Assembly (NCBI RefSeq): GCF_001194135.2
Contig: NC_068981.1
Coordinates: 64,361,358-64,425,357, forward strand
From: Octopus bimaculoides
Taxonomy: Eukaryota
DNA: 64,000 nucleotides
Reading direction: 5' to 3'
In this document: positions 42,558-54,723 of the stretch, in pieces
How positions within the stretch are numbered: the stretch's first letter is position 1
How the letters are laid out: every line of letters begins with the position of its first letter
Notes under the pieces: generated by a model
What the model was told of the DNA's origin: nothing
The model's database searches: none
Seen by the model: only the letters and a program-made list of their open reading frames with translations
Translations under genes and position numbers: made by a program

Positions 42558-43062
42558 ATATAAATTATACACCACTCTTGTGTTATTTTACTGACGTCAT
42601 TTGGTGAGGCTGTTTTTATTATTTCTTTTCAGTATGATATATCTTTGAAAAGTTCTGTTGTAATTGTTTATTCTAAGTTCTTTTCTATAATTATTCGAAT
42701 GTGTTCTGTAACAGCTTAGGATTTTTTTTTGTTCCGTTTCGAAGATTCTTTTTAATGTCATCTACGAATTTATATATTTCTTTGATTTAGTATTTTTCAT
42801 TGTATGTGAACGTAACGGATACGAGCATGCCTCTTTGTGTGCGTGTGTGTGTGTGCGTGTGAGTTTGTGTGTCTGTGAATGTGTGACTTGACAGGAAAAC
42901 ATGGTTCGTGTGTATATATATATATAATATTTCTTGCCACTATAACATGGCTGTCCGTTCGAGTGGACTCTACTGCGATTTTAAAGTGGCTACGAATATT
43001 ACTTGTCAGTACAACTACTGCGTTGATCTCTTAGAGAGATTTTAGAACAAGCATTTTTGTTG

Positions 43063-43120
<58 letters not shown>

Positions 43121-43168
43121 ATAGAAAGAGAGAACTAGGCACGTAGTTATCAATATATATGCATATCC

Positions 43169-43208
<40 letters not shown>

Positions 43209-43209
43209 G

Positions 43210-43242
<33 letters not shown>

Positions 43243-43433
43243 ATGTATATATATATATCGTGGCTATGTGATAAGAAGTTTGCTTTGCAATCACATGATT
43301 TTGGGTTCAGTCACCCTGCGTAGCACCTTGACAAGTGTCTTCTTACTATACCCACGGGCTGGGCAAAGCCTTGTTAGTGGATTTCATAGAGGTAAACTGA
43401 AAGAAGCTCATTGTGTACATATATATTTATGTA

Positions 43434-43464
<31 letters not shown>

Positions 43465-43519
43465 CTGTCTGTCTGTGTCTCCATGTATGTTGTTCCACAA
43501 CACCGTTTAACAACCATAA

Positions 43520-44700
43520 AAAAATCACATCACCTGTGCATCAAAGAACTTAATTTATGTACTCAAGTGTGATGGGTGTGGTGGGGACTACACAGGTTAA
43601 ATGAGCTTCATCTTGAGGGACAGACTGACGGTACATAGACAACAGATCCAGGACCCCACAACCAGGAAAATTCCCGTAAGTAAACACTTAGATCAACGTC
43701 CCGCAAGCATAAATCCCAAATACTAGATTTCCCTCTCTATCAATGCACCAGAAATATTTCAACACAATTACGATTGTATAAGGAATGTAAATTTATTAAG
43801 TGAAAACCCAATTTATTTACGAAGAAAAGCCGGTGACATCAGATATAATTCGAAAAGTTTATGTAATGAACTTCCTCGTGGATTCGAGACCCCAACTCCA
43901 AATTGTCATACCATACCACACGCTTTTTCAAACACCAGTTGATGACGTTACCTCAGACCAAGCCATTGAAATTTTTTTCTGGTCAAAACCGGACTCTCGG
44001 GATAAAAGAAAGTGACTACTTAAGGGAACCAACCAACCGGAACGCTAGATTACTATCAAGCAAAAACAAGTTTCCGGCTTCCTACCAGGAAGTTAGCCAA
44101 GCAGAACGCCGAGCTTTGCCAAAAGAAAAATGTTGTCCGAAACGGAAAATATTATGGATCAAAAATATAAGATCAAAACCTACAACCAATCAGAACTTGT
44201 TCTTGACCGTAGTCAAAATGAAATGGACGTCACTAGGAAGCCAACCAACCAAAACGTCAGAATTTGCCAAAACATAGATTTTTTGACCAAAACATCCACG
44301 AGAAAAAACAAAAAGACGTCAACTAAATTATAGCCTATCAAAACTTGATCCTTAACCGTAAAAACAAATATACGCTAAAATACTTGGACTTATAACACTT
44401 GCAACTCTAATAAGCTAAGAAGGTGAAGAGACCCGTCCACTTTACGAAAATTGAGAAAAGAACTACATGCACTACGAAAGAAATTGTAAAAAAAAAAAAA
44501 AACTACTTTATTTCTCTGTCATTTTCTCTTTCTTCTCCACATTTTAAAAGCTCAATATGACTGAACTTTCAATAATATACATTTAGTATGGCCTTCACCG
44601 AACATTTACACTGATATTTCTATCTATCCTTGTGAAATTTATTGAAATTTCTTTAAACATTAGAACATTTGATCGTTTAAACAAGTTTTCTGATTTTTCC
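43520..44700 (+). mobile_element. Penelope-like retroelement 3' fragment with decayed GIY-YIG endonuclease
   Basis: From 43529: ITCASKNLIYVLKCDGCGGDYTG*MSFILRDRLTVHRQQIQDPTTRKIPVSKHLDQ..., then after a frameshift FPLYQCTRNISTQLRLYKECKFIK. This fits the PLE GIY-YIG pattern CxSxNxIYxxxCxxCxxxYxGxTxxxLRxRxxxH. It has in-frame stops and is followed by an A/C-rich 3' region. Confidence 0.85.
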
Positions 44701-45513
44701 GATATATACATTTTTCCGGTAGAGAAGACAAGCAGCTGTGAGAACAAAGTTTCAGCTGCCGACTTTTGCACTGTTGTTTAAACTNNNNNNNNNNNNNNNN
44801 NNNNNNNNNNNNNNNNNNNNNNNNNNNNNNNNNNNNNNNNNNNNNNNNNNNNNNNNNNNNNNNNNNNNNNNNNNNNNNNNNNNNNNNNNNNNNNNNNNNN
44901 NNNNNNNNNNNNNNNNNNNNNNNNNNNNNNNNNNNNNNNNNNNNNNNNNNNNNNNNNNNNNNNNNNNNNNNNNNNNNNNNNNNNNNNNNNNNNNNNNNNN
45001 NNNNNNNNNNNNNNNNNNNNNNNNNNNNNNNNNNNNNNNNNNNNNNNNNNNNNNNNNNNNNNNNNNNNNNNNNNNNNNNNNNNNNNNNNNNNNNNNNNNN
45101 NNNNNNNNNNNNNNNNNNNNNNNNNNNNNNNNNNNNNNNNNNNNNNNNNNNNNNNNNNNNNNNNNNNNNNNNNNNNNNNNNNNNNNNNNNNNNNNNNNNN
45201 NNNNNNNNNNNNNNNNNNNNNNNNNNNNNNNNNNNNNNNNNNNNNNNNNNNNNNNNNNNNNNNNNNNNNNNNNNNNNNNNNNNNNNNNNNNNNNNNNNNN
45301 NNNNNNNNNNNNNNNNNNNNNNNNNNNNNNNNNNNNNNNNNNNNNNNNNNNNNNNNNNNNNATATATATATATATATATATCTATATATATATATATATA
45401 TATACAACGTGCTTCCTTCAGTTTTCGTCTAGCAAATCCACACACTGTGTGTGTGTGGGTGGGTGTATGTGTGTCTGATTTAGGTATTTTTAATATCAGC
45501 GGACAATAAAAGC

Positions 45514-46110
45514 AGGGCAGCCTAAAGTAATGCTATGTAGCCGTTTACTCCATGTATTTTATATTTCTCATTTCTTTTTCAGTGTATCGGGAGCATTTAT
45601 CCAAGAAGAAGTGAAAAAGCTGACCCTGCTCCTAGCTCAAACGGATAGCTGCTGCGTCTCAGAGTTTGCTCGCATATTCAACGTGGCTAAGTCCTTCGTG
45701 TTTGTAATTCGGAATGTGAGGAACGCCTCCAGTGGCGGCATGTCATGTGTGGCCAAGAGGTGGTAATAATCTTAGTTGTCAGACATCGTTAGCACAATTG
45801 AGTTTATGCCACACGCCCATCATATCATCAACAGCCATCTCAACTAATTCCACATAATAGGGTAGGCTGTTAGGTCATATCCAGCCAAAACCTAAGATAT
45901 TTCTGTGATCCTGTGACTCACAACATGAAGTGGCCAACTTGCTGACTAGCTATGCCTGGAATATAATCAGGGGCTGCAACCGTGGACGTAATCGAGACGA
46001 GGTGCAGGGACCATATGATATTGTTATGCAGCTGCTTTCGAGGTGACATTGCTGCGGAAGGTAGTTTTGCAGAATGGCGTATTTTAAACATACCTAATTG
46101 AATGTGTGCG
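45514..46110 (+). mobile_element. Decayed, internally deleted Tc1/mariner-superfamily element
   Basis: EEVKKLTLLLAQTDSCCVSEFARIFNVAKSFVFVIR resembles a transposase N-terminal HTH. Downstream FCDPVTHNMKWP...RDHMILLCSCFRGDIAAEGSFAE resembles the WPP/C-terminal helix region. Multiple stops. Confidence 0.55.
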
Positions 46111-46370
46111 ACATTTTCTCTGGGAGTATGCTGTTGATTTCATTTCACGTTGCTTGTTTTCCTTGTATTACTTGTACACAGACACAGACACAGACACACA
46201 CACACACACACATACACACACACATATATATACACATGTGTGTGTATGTGGGTGCGAACATCTGTGTGTGTGTATGTGTATGAATGAATGTATTTGCTCA
46301 CATATATATATTTATGTATGTATATTTGTATGTATACATATATGTATATACATATGTATATACATATACA

Positions 46371-46415
<45 letters not shown>

Positions 46416-47899
46416 NNNNNNNNNNNNNNNNNNNNNNNNNNNNNNNNNNNNNNNNNNNNNNNNNNNNNNNNNNNNNNNNNNNNNNNNNNNNNNNNNNNNN
46501 NNNNNNNNNNNNNNNNNNNNNNNNNNNNNNNNNNNNNNNNNNNNNNNNNNNNNNNNNNNNNNNNNNNNNNNNNNNNNNNNNNNNNNNNNNNNNNNNNNNN
46601 NNNNNNNNNNNNNNNNNNNNNNNNNNNNNNNNNNNNNNNNNNNNNNNNNNNNNNNGAGAGAGAGAGGAGAGAGAGAGGAGAGAGAGAGAGATATGTGTTT
46701 GAGTATATATATATATGTATATATATATGTATATATATATGTATATATACACACAACATACATACACACACAGATATATAAATATATAGATACTCACATA
46801 CAGCTATACATAAATACATACATACATTCATATACATACATACTCACACTCATATAGAAAAAAGAAAGAAAGAAAGAAATAGAAAGCCAAGCACGCACAT
46901 TAATTATAAAGATACACATGCGCATGCAAACACACACACACACACAGATATACATAGGCGCACATACACACACTCACATACATTTGCTTGACATGCTTTA
47001 TTCGAGGAAATTTTGTCTTCCTTGCAACCATCAGATTTGTGTCATTTTGTTGTTCTATTTCGTTGCTATATCGTGTGAGGTCTCTCCGTCCAGTCGATGA
47101 TATGGGGAGAACGGCTTATACGAAACGTTAGGTTCAGAATTTCAGAGTGGAACAGCCAGAGTGCAGAGTGTAAGGCGGTAAACAGTAGTCAAAACAGAAG
47201 CTATGAACAAACACATTCATACATACATGTTGAAGTTCTAATCATACATACGGTGTTAGGTCACGGAATATCTTGATAGACATCCGGACGCCTTGTTAAT
47301 TTACGTAAGTGGAACATCTAACAGTCTCTTATTTATTATCTTTGTATGTGAATACTTATGGTAGTTTAGTGGTTGTTTTTCTCGTTGTTGTTGGTGTTGC
47401 TCTTTTTGTTGATGTATTTTTGTTGTTCTTTTTTTATATTGATTTTGGTTAGGTTCTTTTAGTTGATTTGGTATTCTTGATATTATAGTAGGATCGTGTG
47501 GCCTTCCCCGTACCGCCCACACGTCAATTGCCATCAACTGGTCTTCGAGACCGTGAGGCCATCGGCCAATCTCTGCCGCTGACGACTCCCTTTTTGTGTC
47601 AGTCCTACATGTTAGACGGACAATATCAGTAGATATTTCCGCTCTTCATGTACTGAGTTCACGTCTCGTCGACATCAGATTTTCCTTCCCACCCCTCCTT
47701 GGAGTTTAGGAGAAATGGTTATTGATTATTCCCTTTCCCCTAAACTCGCTGGTCTCGTGCCCAACTCAGAAGCCACAACAACAATGATAACAATTGCTTC
47801 GAATTTTGGCACCATGCCAACAATTTTAGGGAGAAGGGTTAGCAGATGGAGGATGTAAGAAGTTGATCCTGATTTTAGACTCAGAAAATAATGAAATTA

Positions 47900-48690
47900 T
47901 GAGCTCGACGAAATACCGCTGGGCGAGCGGGCAGAGTAGTTTGCAGGCCGAACAAAATGCTTACCAGTATTTTTTACGCCTTTACGTTCTGATTTCGAAT
48001 CCCACGAGAACAGTCTTGTTTCTCAGCCTTCTTGACTTGAGAAAATAAGTGCCAGATGAGCACCGAAGACGATGTAATCGACTAACATCCCTTCTCCAAA
48101 ATGTCAGTCTTTGTGCCTAAGAAAGGATATTCTTGTTACTTCAATAATATTGTTATAGATGTTGTTGTTGTTGTTGTTGCTGTTGTTGTTGCTGCTGTTT
48201 GACCCTTGGTTAGTCTTGACTGTGTAGGCGGTGGTGTTGTTGGTGCTGGTGCTGGTGCTGGTGCTGGTGTTATAGTTTGTATTCATGATTATCTTTGTGA
48301 TGAGGATGATGATAGTTGTGTTCGTATTATTATTATTGTTTGTATTCAAATTCCGCTCAGGTCATTTCATTCTTTTGGGATCGATAAATTAAGTACCAGT
48401 GAAGCACTGGAGTCGATGTGATCAACTGTCCTCCTCCCCACAAAATCTAGGCCTTGCGCCTATAGTAGAAAGGATTGCTGTTATTATTTTTATTGAGGCC
48501 GTGAGCTGGCTGAATCGTTAGCACACTGGGCTTAGCGGTATTTCGCTTGTCTTTACGTTCTGAGTTCAAATTCCACCGAGGTCGACTTTGCCTTTTATCG
48601 TTTCGAGGATGATAAATTAAGTATCAGTGAAGCATTGGGGTCGATGTAATCGACTAGTCCCCCTCCCCCCAAATTTCAGGCTTTGTGCCT
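47900..48690 (+). mobile_element. Three family-1 SINE copies separated by (GTT/GCT)n
   Basis: Copies at about 47915-48125, 48345-48470 and 48497-48690. Confidence 0.8.
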
Positions 48691-48696
48691 TTTGTG

Positions 48697-48733
<37 letters not shown>

Positions 48734-49250
48734 AAGCGTGCATGCATATATTTATGTGAATTTTTTTTTCAACTACAACGTGTTTCCAGTTCTTCTCTGA
48801 GTCAAAGAACACAGGAAAATTATAGTATTTTTTCATGAATTAGCGATTACATATGTATATGTATACCCTCCTACAAGAGCACACGCATGGCAACCACTTA
48901 TTCACGCTTACACGGACCTCCCTACCATGCCGTTTCTCTTCTTACCATTCAAACAACCTACTAAATATCATAAACAGAAACTAGCATGCATTTACATATA
49001 ATATATGTACATCAATACATGTGCGTGAGCATGCATATATACATGCATATATGTTTATAGATAAATAGATAGATAGATAGATAGGTATGCTGTCTGCTTT
49101 TGTTTTTTTTTATGAAAAAGGGCTTCCATTGTAATCCCTTTCAAGCCTAAAGAAAAATTAAGACTTTAATCCCAGTCAAATGCTGCGGAAATATATTTAA
49201 TCGCAAAAAACATCGGCCTGACTTATAATGTATGCGTATACATACATAGA

Positions 49251-49320
<70 letters not shown>

Positions 49321-49514
49321 TATATACGCATATACGTGTCTATATATATCTATATATATTTATATATACATGTGTATACATATACACACGTATAATTTAA
49401 GCACACATATGTACGCACACACAGACATACACATACACACATATATATAGATATACATACATATATATCTATGTGTGTATGTATGCGCATATATATGTGT
49501 GTATGTATGTGTGT

Positions 49515-49548
<34 letters not shown>

Positions 49549-49580
49549 ACAGAGAGAGANNNNNNNNNNGTGTGTGTGTG

Positions 49581-49628
<48 letters not shown>

Positions 49629-50142
49629 ATATGGATTCAAAAAATCATAGTTCACATATGTTGTGTGCGTGTCTGTGTGTGGGTGTTTGTATGTATGTAT
49701 ACATATACTTTCTTTTGTATCTCTAACGATGTCTCACTTCATATTGTACACTCTCTGTCTCTAGCTCGTGATCCTTTCTTACATTATATTTATATATACT
49801 GTCTTATAAGTTTCCAAAGGTTATATTTTTTAATATTATTTCAAGTATAAATGGCTCTTGCCTTATGAACAGTGCTTACTCACTAACTATCGCTCTCTAT
49901 CGAATAATCTGTCACATTTATTCTACGTCCTTCCTCCGGTTTTACACCACATGATTCAGAAAATGGACCTAAACTTTCATGCAATCGAATTTATTCAGAA
50001 ATAATTTATTCAGTCATTATTGTATATTACACTATTTATACTAGGTCTCCTTTGTCATTGTGCCTTTCTATCCCCCACCCTAGTCTCTTTGCCATTAGTA
50101 TTTTCTTCAAGACAAACCCGTATACAGATACACACACACATG

Positions 50143-50173
<31 letters not shown>

Positions 50174-52641
50174 ACATATATGTATACATGTAAGTATATA
50201 CATAGATACATATATATATATATCTACTGTGAAAAGGGCAGACGTTGTCTCACATGCAGTTGTGCAAAATGTTTTGTTAGTAAATGTGGTCGGATTGACC
50301 TGAAAATTTGCACACCTATCTTAAAAGTGCTGGGGAGTTTGCATAGCATCTTTGAGTTTGCTCAATTTAAAGGCGTTGCCTCTAGGGCAAAATTCTTCAT
50401 CTTTAAAATGTGGCCCGAGTAGACCAGAATGAAATCAGGTTATAATACTAGTATATATATATATATATATATATATGCATGTGTATATACTATGTNNNNN
50501 NNNNNNNNATATATATATATATATATACATGTGTATGTATGTATGTGAATTTGAAAAATGCATTGGAAGTCTTTTTGATGGTCTACTTTGAATGGCTTAA
50601 CCAGTTTAATAGACTTTTCTGATTTTTAAAAGTTAAGTGAGACAGAAAAACATGGGCCTATGCCGCAACTATCTTACTTCTGGCTGGAATTCGAAAATTC
50701 TCTTATTTTATAGAGTACCAGGCTGAAATTAGTAACTTATTAGGGTACAATTTAACTAGCAAATGATGACCACCTGATTAGTTTTAGAAATTATTTAAGT
50801 TCCTCGCTACGTCAGTACGTGAATGTCGTGTGACAATATTTTTTGAACCGAAAGTCAAGGCTGACACGGTTGAGTGTCAATCAATGAAGACTTTCTAAAT
50901 TTAATCTGTTAGAATTCTTTGTTTGCAGTCATTAACTTTTGTTAGTTCCCGCTTATTTTCCGTGGGTTAATATTTGTGTGGATTGTTGATGTTACTTCAG
51001 TAGTGGCTTATATTTTTTTGTGTAAGTTTTCTTTATATATTTGCGTTTGAATTATGGTATTGTCTGAATCAAAGTGGAAAGACTTGGAATTTTGGGAACT
51101 TATTTGTCGTACATAAATCTAGACAAGAAAAGTAATCGAAAAGTTAAAGTTGTCATGCTTCACTGCATATGGCTATTGAAAGTCTCAGAAACATAGGCTT
51201 TGTAAATGTGCCATATCCTGTGGCTGAATGGATATGATTTATATGTGTGCACGTAGGCATAAAATTTTGTTTTCCATTACATTCATCCGTTGGTATCACT
51301 CTAGAAAAAGTCCTGAATGTTCCCAATTTAAGGTTGTTGGCTGTGTAAATTCAGTAATGTTAAGTGGAAGAATATCTGTATGTGTGAGTAGTTGTTGGTA
51401 AATGTACGTTGTTAAAGTTCACTCAATTGTGGTTTGCATCTTTAAATGAATATATTTTCTTTTTTATTCATGTTTGATCTGTGGTATTGGTTAAACAAGG
51501 GTAAAGTGGGAAAACTTGGGATTTGGGAAACTTAACTTTTACACATGTGTCTAAATGCCTATTCAGTTTGATCTGTCTTGTTCTGTGTTTCGTATTTGTT
51601 GATGATGAATTGTCACTCTATTTCTAATAGTAAGTTTTGTTTGACCCTTGTAATATTCGTTTTATCCTTTACATTTAATGGGAAGGATAAAATTTTTTGG
51701 CGAACACGTAATATGATTTTTTATGGTAAAAATATGTATGAAGTTGATATGTTTCCGACTGCCGAATCTCACTCAGAGTTGATATAATTACCCGCTACCT
51801 CGTTATTTACCCTAAATAGATATCTACTAAGTACCGCACCTTAAATATATTCCCTACACTCACCATTTCAAATCAAAGGCCGGCCATTTGACTATAATTC
51901 CACTAACTTTTTCCCTTAGACTGTAGTCATAGTAGTGCACGGTTTTTAAAGGCTCTTAGTCGATCGTATCAACCGCAATCCTCTCTGTAATACTTCTTTT
52001 ATCTTTTCAATGAAGAAGATACGTGGTCGACATGTCATAAAAGTGTTTCAAGATGGAACAAAGTACCACAAAATTTTTGTTCGTTCAATATTGATTTCTG
52101 TGTTAAAATCAAATCGACTTACCCCTCCCCACATGCTTCCCCAAACAGATTTTCATCAACTAGCGAAATGATAAAAGTGAAAACCAGTCCTTAGCAGGAA
52201 CTGAGCTATTAATTTAAAATTCCAGGCTCACTCTAAACTTTCGGTAACATTTTGTAAATTTATACATTCACATGCATTTTATAAAAACTTCTCATCGAAG
52301 CTGCGATGAATCAGCCTTCCTGAACATCAAACTTCTCACCCTCACAAAGTGTTCCTTCTCAGCTATTCCAGGAGTACCTTATCTACGCAATCATCTAAAA
52401 CTTACATAAAACAGTCATATTTTGTTGTTTTTCCTGGTAAAATATTATACAAAGAGAGCAAAAACCAAAAATATAGACCTTGAAATAGTAACAAAGCATT
52501 TGTTGGGAAATATATCATGGAAATTAATAAAAGAAAAGCAAATTGTTTTAAGCAAGGCTAAAAATGTCACGTAGTATCAATATCTTGATTAGCTATATTT
52601 CTTAATATGTGAGTGAAAAGAAAACATTATAAGCCTCTTAC

Positions 52642-52751
52642 CAGTGAATAGGGCAAAATCCTTCTGAATGCTCTTGCTGTACTCACTGTCAACTGTTCTT
52701 ACGGGAGACTTGGCATAGATGTACTGCGGTAGAAGGTTCTCCATTCCTTCC
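52642..52751 (-). CDS. TBX20: Internal coding exon of a Tbx20 (H15/midline) T-box transcription factor, immediately C-terminal to the T-box
   Basis: Minus strand: polypyrimidine acceptor ttttgttattttcatacag|G, 110-nt exon, donor ACTG|gtaaga. Only one frame is open: (R)EGMENLLPQYIYAKSPVRTVDSEYSKSIQKDFALFT. The first 20 residues match the vertebrate TBX20 post-T-box motif RESVESLIQKHSYARSPIRT as I recall it (10/20 identical, YAxSPxRT kept). The exon starts in phase 2 and ends in phase 1. The T-box itself is not in the window. Confidence 0.85.
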
Positions 52752-53078
52752 CTGTATGAAAATAACAAAAACAAAAAGAAATAATATAAAAGATATGGTT
52801 AAAAATATGAGATATTTATGCATCTACGACACTCAGTGTGATATATTTTGGAGGAAACAGATATTGTCAACTAGATGGCAGTAGTTATTGTCACTGTAAT
52901 TCTTGTTGATGTTTTGCATAAAATCATCCTTGACTAAGCAAAATCTTAAGCAAAGGTGTGTTAGCCATGACCATTCAGGAACTAGGAATATATAATACAA
53001 TGTGTACTATCTTGCTGAAGACAACAGTGTTTCATTTGAGTGAGATTTTTTCTAGTATATCAGACGGATATCTTTTAC

Positions 53079-53393
53079 CATCAGATGCATTAAAAAGGAG
53101 AATTTCTAGAACCGCATGTCTGGACGGGAAGCTTTTGGCGTCTTGCTGTCTGGCCGGCTTTTGAATGAACTTGCAGGAAATCAGATGCAGCTGCTTGTGT
53201 GTGTAGAGATGGAGTTGTATACCAGCTGTGTTTATACCACTCATACAACTGGTATTACACTCAGGCACACACTCTTACGGCCATGTATCTGATGTCCCAC
53301 AAGTTCCTTCAAAAATCAGCCAGACAGCAAGGCACTGCCAGCTTCGTGTCCAGACGCGCAATCTCAAAAAATCTTATTTAAATGCATCTGGTG
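53079..53393. repeat. ~310-bp imperfect fold-back (old palindromic MITE-like element)
   Basis: cagatgcat...tgtctggacgggaagct...cttgctgtctggc...ttgaatgaacttg pairs with caagttccttcaa...gccagacagcaag...agcttcgtgtccagac...atgcatctg. Pairing continues inward to a loop of about 12 nt near 53230-53242. Confidence 0.75.
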
Positions 53394-53539
53394 TTGGAAT
53401 GTCGATCTTGCTTCGAATGTTACTACATGATCCGCCTTGACTTGTTTCCGGTAGCCATATTAGATCTCCGACATCTCTCCATTCGGCAAACCGAGCTTAT
53501 ACAACCTTAAATCGCAAGAGGCCAGCAGAAATATAACAC

Positions 53540-53585
53540 AAGACTGTTACTCTGAGTTTCATGTTCCCGTTCATCGGACAGTTTT
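53540..53585 (-). ncRNA. Second, mirror-image hammerhead motif on the minus strand (Tbx20 pre-mRNA sense)
   Basis: The reverse complement reads aaaactgtCCGATGAacgggaacatGAAActcagagtaacagtctt. It differs from the + copy only at the middle stem II pair (C-A mismatch). Predicted cleavage is after 53548. Confidence 0.5.
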
Positions 53586-53600
53586 GTCAACATTTCTAAC

Positions 53601-53646
53601 AAAACTGTCCGATGAACGGGAACGTGAAACTCAGAGTAACAGTCTT
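53601..53646 (+). ncRNA. Putative minimal type I hammerhead ribozyme (Penelope-associated type)
   Basis: aaaACTGT-CCGATGA-ACG(GGAA)CGT-GAAA-CT(CAG)AGTA-ACAGTctt. Stem I is ACTGT/ACAGT, the core is C(C)GAUGA...GAAA with a U4C deviation, stem II is 3 bp with a GGAA loop, and stem III is the palindromic ACTC-A-GAGT. Predicted cleavage is after GUA at 53638. Confidence 0.65.
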
Positions 53647-53767
53647 TTGTTATATTTCTGCTGCTTTTAAATAAAGCATATTACTCTACCTCTGGTATTT
53701 GAGTACTCTTTTTTCCACCTTGTTGCTCATTTTATGTGCTTACTCCGGTATATATATATATATAGTA

Positions 53768-54068
53768 GAAGCGCAATGGCCCAATGGCTTGGGCAGTGGA
53801 CTCGCGGTCGGAGGGTCGCGGTTTCGATTCTCAGCCCGGGCGATGTGTGTGTTTATTGAGCGAAAACACCTAAAGTTCCAAGACGCTCCGGCAGGGCGGT
53901 GGGGAACCCCAGTTGTACTGTTTCGCCCAACTTTCTCTCACTCTTTCTTACTGTTTCTTGAGGAACGCTGCGATGGACTGGCGTCCCGTCCAGCTGGGAG
54001 GAACACATACGCCATAGAAACCGGAGACCGGGCCCATAAATCTGGCTAGGCTTTAAAAGGGCGCATAC
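53768..54068 (+). mobile_element. tRNA-derived SINE, family 3
   Basis: gaagcgcaatggcccaatgg (A box)...ggtttcgattc (B box)...gtttattgagcgaaaacacctaa...ctttctctcactcttt. Confidence 0.75.
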
Positions 54069-54305
54069 AATATATATATATATATAATCAATTCAAATAA
54101 ACAAATAATTCAAATAAACGCATAAAAGAACAAAAGCAAAAAGCGAACTTGGGACGTGCACAAGAAGTATATTAACTTGACGCTCTGTCAAAGAAGAGTG
54201 TTTGATGTTTCTAACATAGCTCTTTATCAGAAAGCAGAAAAGGAAAACTCCACAGACGGGAAAAGAATCGCCAACGGCATTCGTGTGTATATATATATAT
54301 ATATG

Positions 54306-54340
<35 letters not shown>

Positions 54341-54341
<1 letters not shown>

Positions 54342-54723
54342 CTTTTAATATTTTACTTGCTGCAGTCATTTGACTGCAGCCATGCTGGAGCACTGCTTTT
54401 AATCAAACAAGTAGGACCCAGGATTTACTCTTTGTAAACATAGAACTTATTCTATCGGGGCCCTTTTGCCGAACTGGTGGGTGACGGGAACGCAAATACA
54501 CAAACATCGGTTGTAAAGCGATGGTGGAGGGACAAAACACAGATACAAACAGCAAATATATACAGGATTCTTTCAGTTTCTGTCTACCAAATTCACTCAC
54601 AAGGCTTTGGTCGGCCCGAGGCTATAGTAGAAGTCACTTGCCGAAGGTGCCACCAGTGGGACTGAACCCGGAACACCATGTGGTTGATAAGTAAGCTACT
54701 TACCACACAGCTACTCCTGCGCC
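54341..54723 (-). mobile_element. Family-2 SINE
   Basis: Same head and tail motifs as 21666-22105. Confidence 0.85.

Larger units (their letters stand above)
53523..53750 (+). mobile_element. Penelope-like terminal repeat (pLTR) fragment with a 65-bp inverted 5' duplication
   Basis: Arms 53523-53587 and 53599-53663 are 63/65 complementary with an 11-nt loop. The right arm continues through AATAAA (53670) to a (TA)n run. An inverted terminal duplication plus a hammerhead is the established hallmark of Penelope-like elements. No PLE ORF is attached here. Confidence 0.55.
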
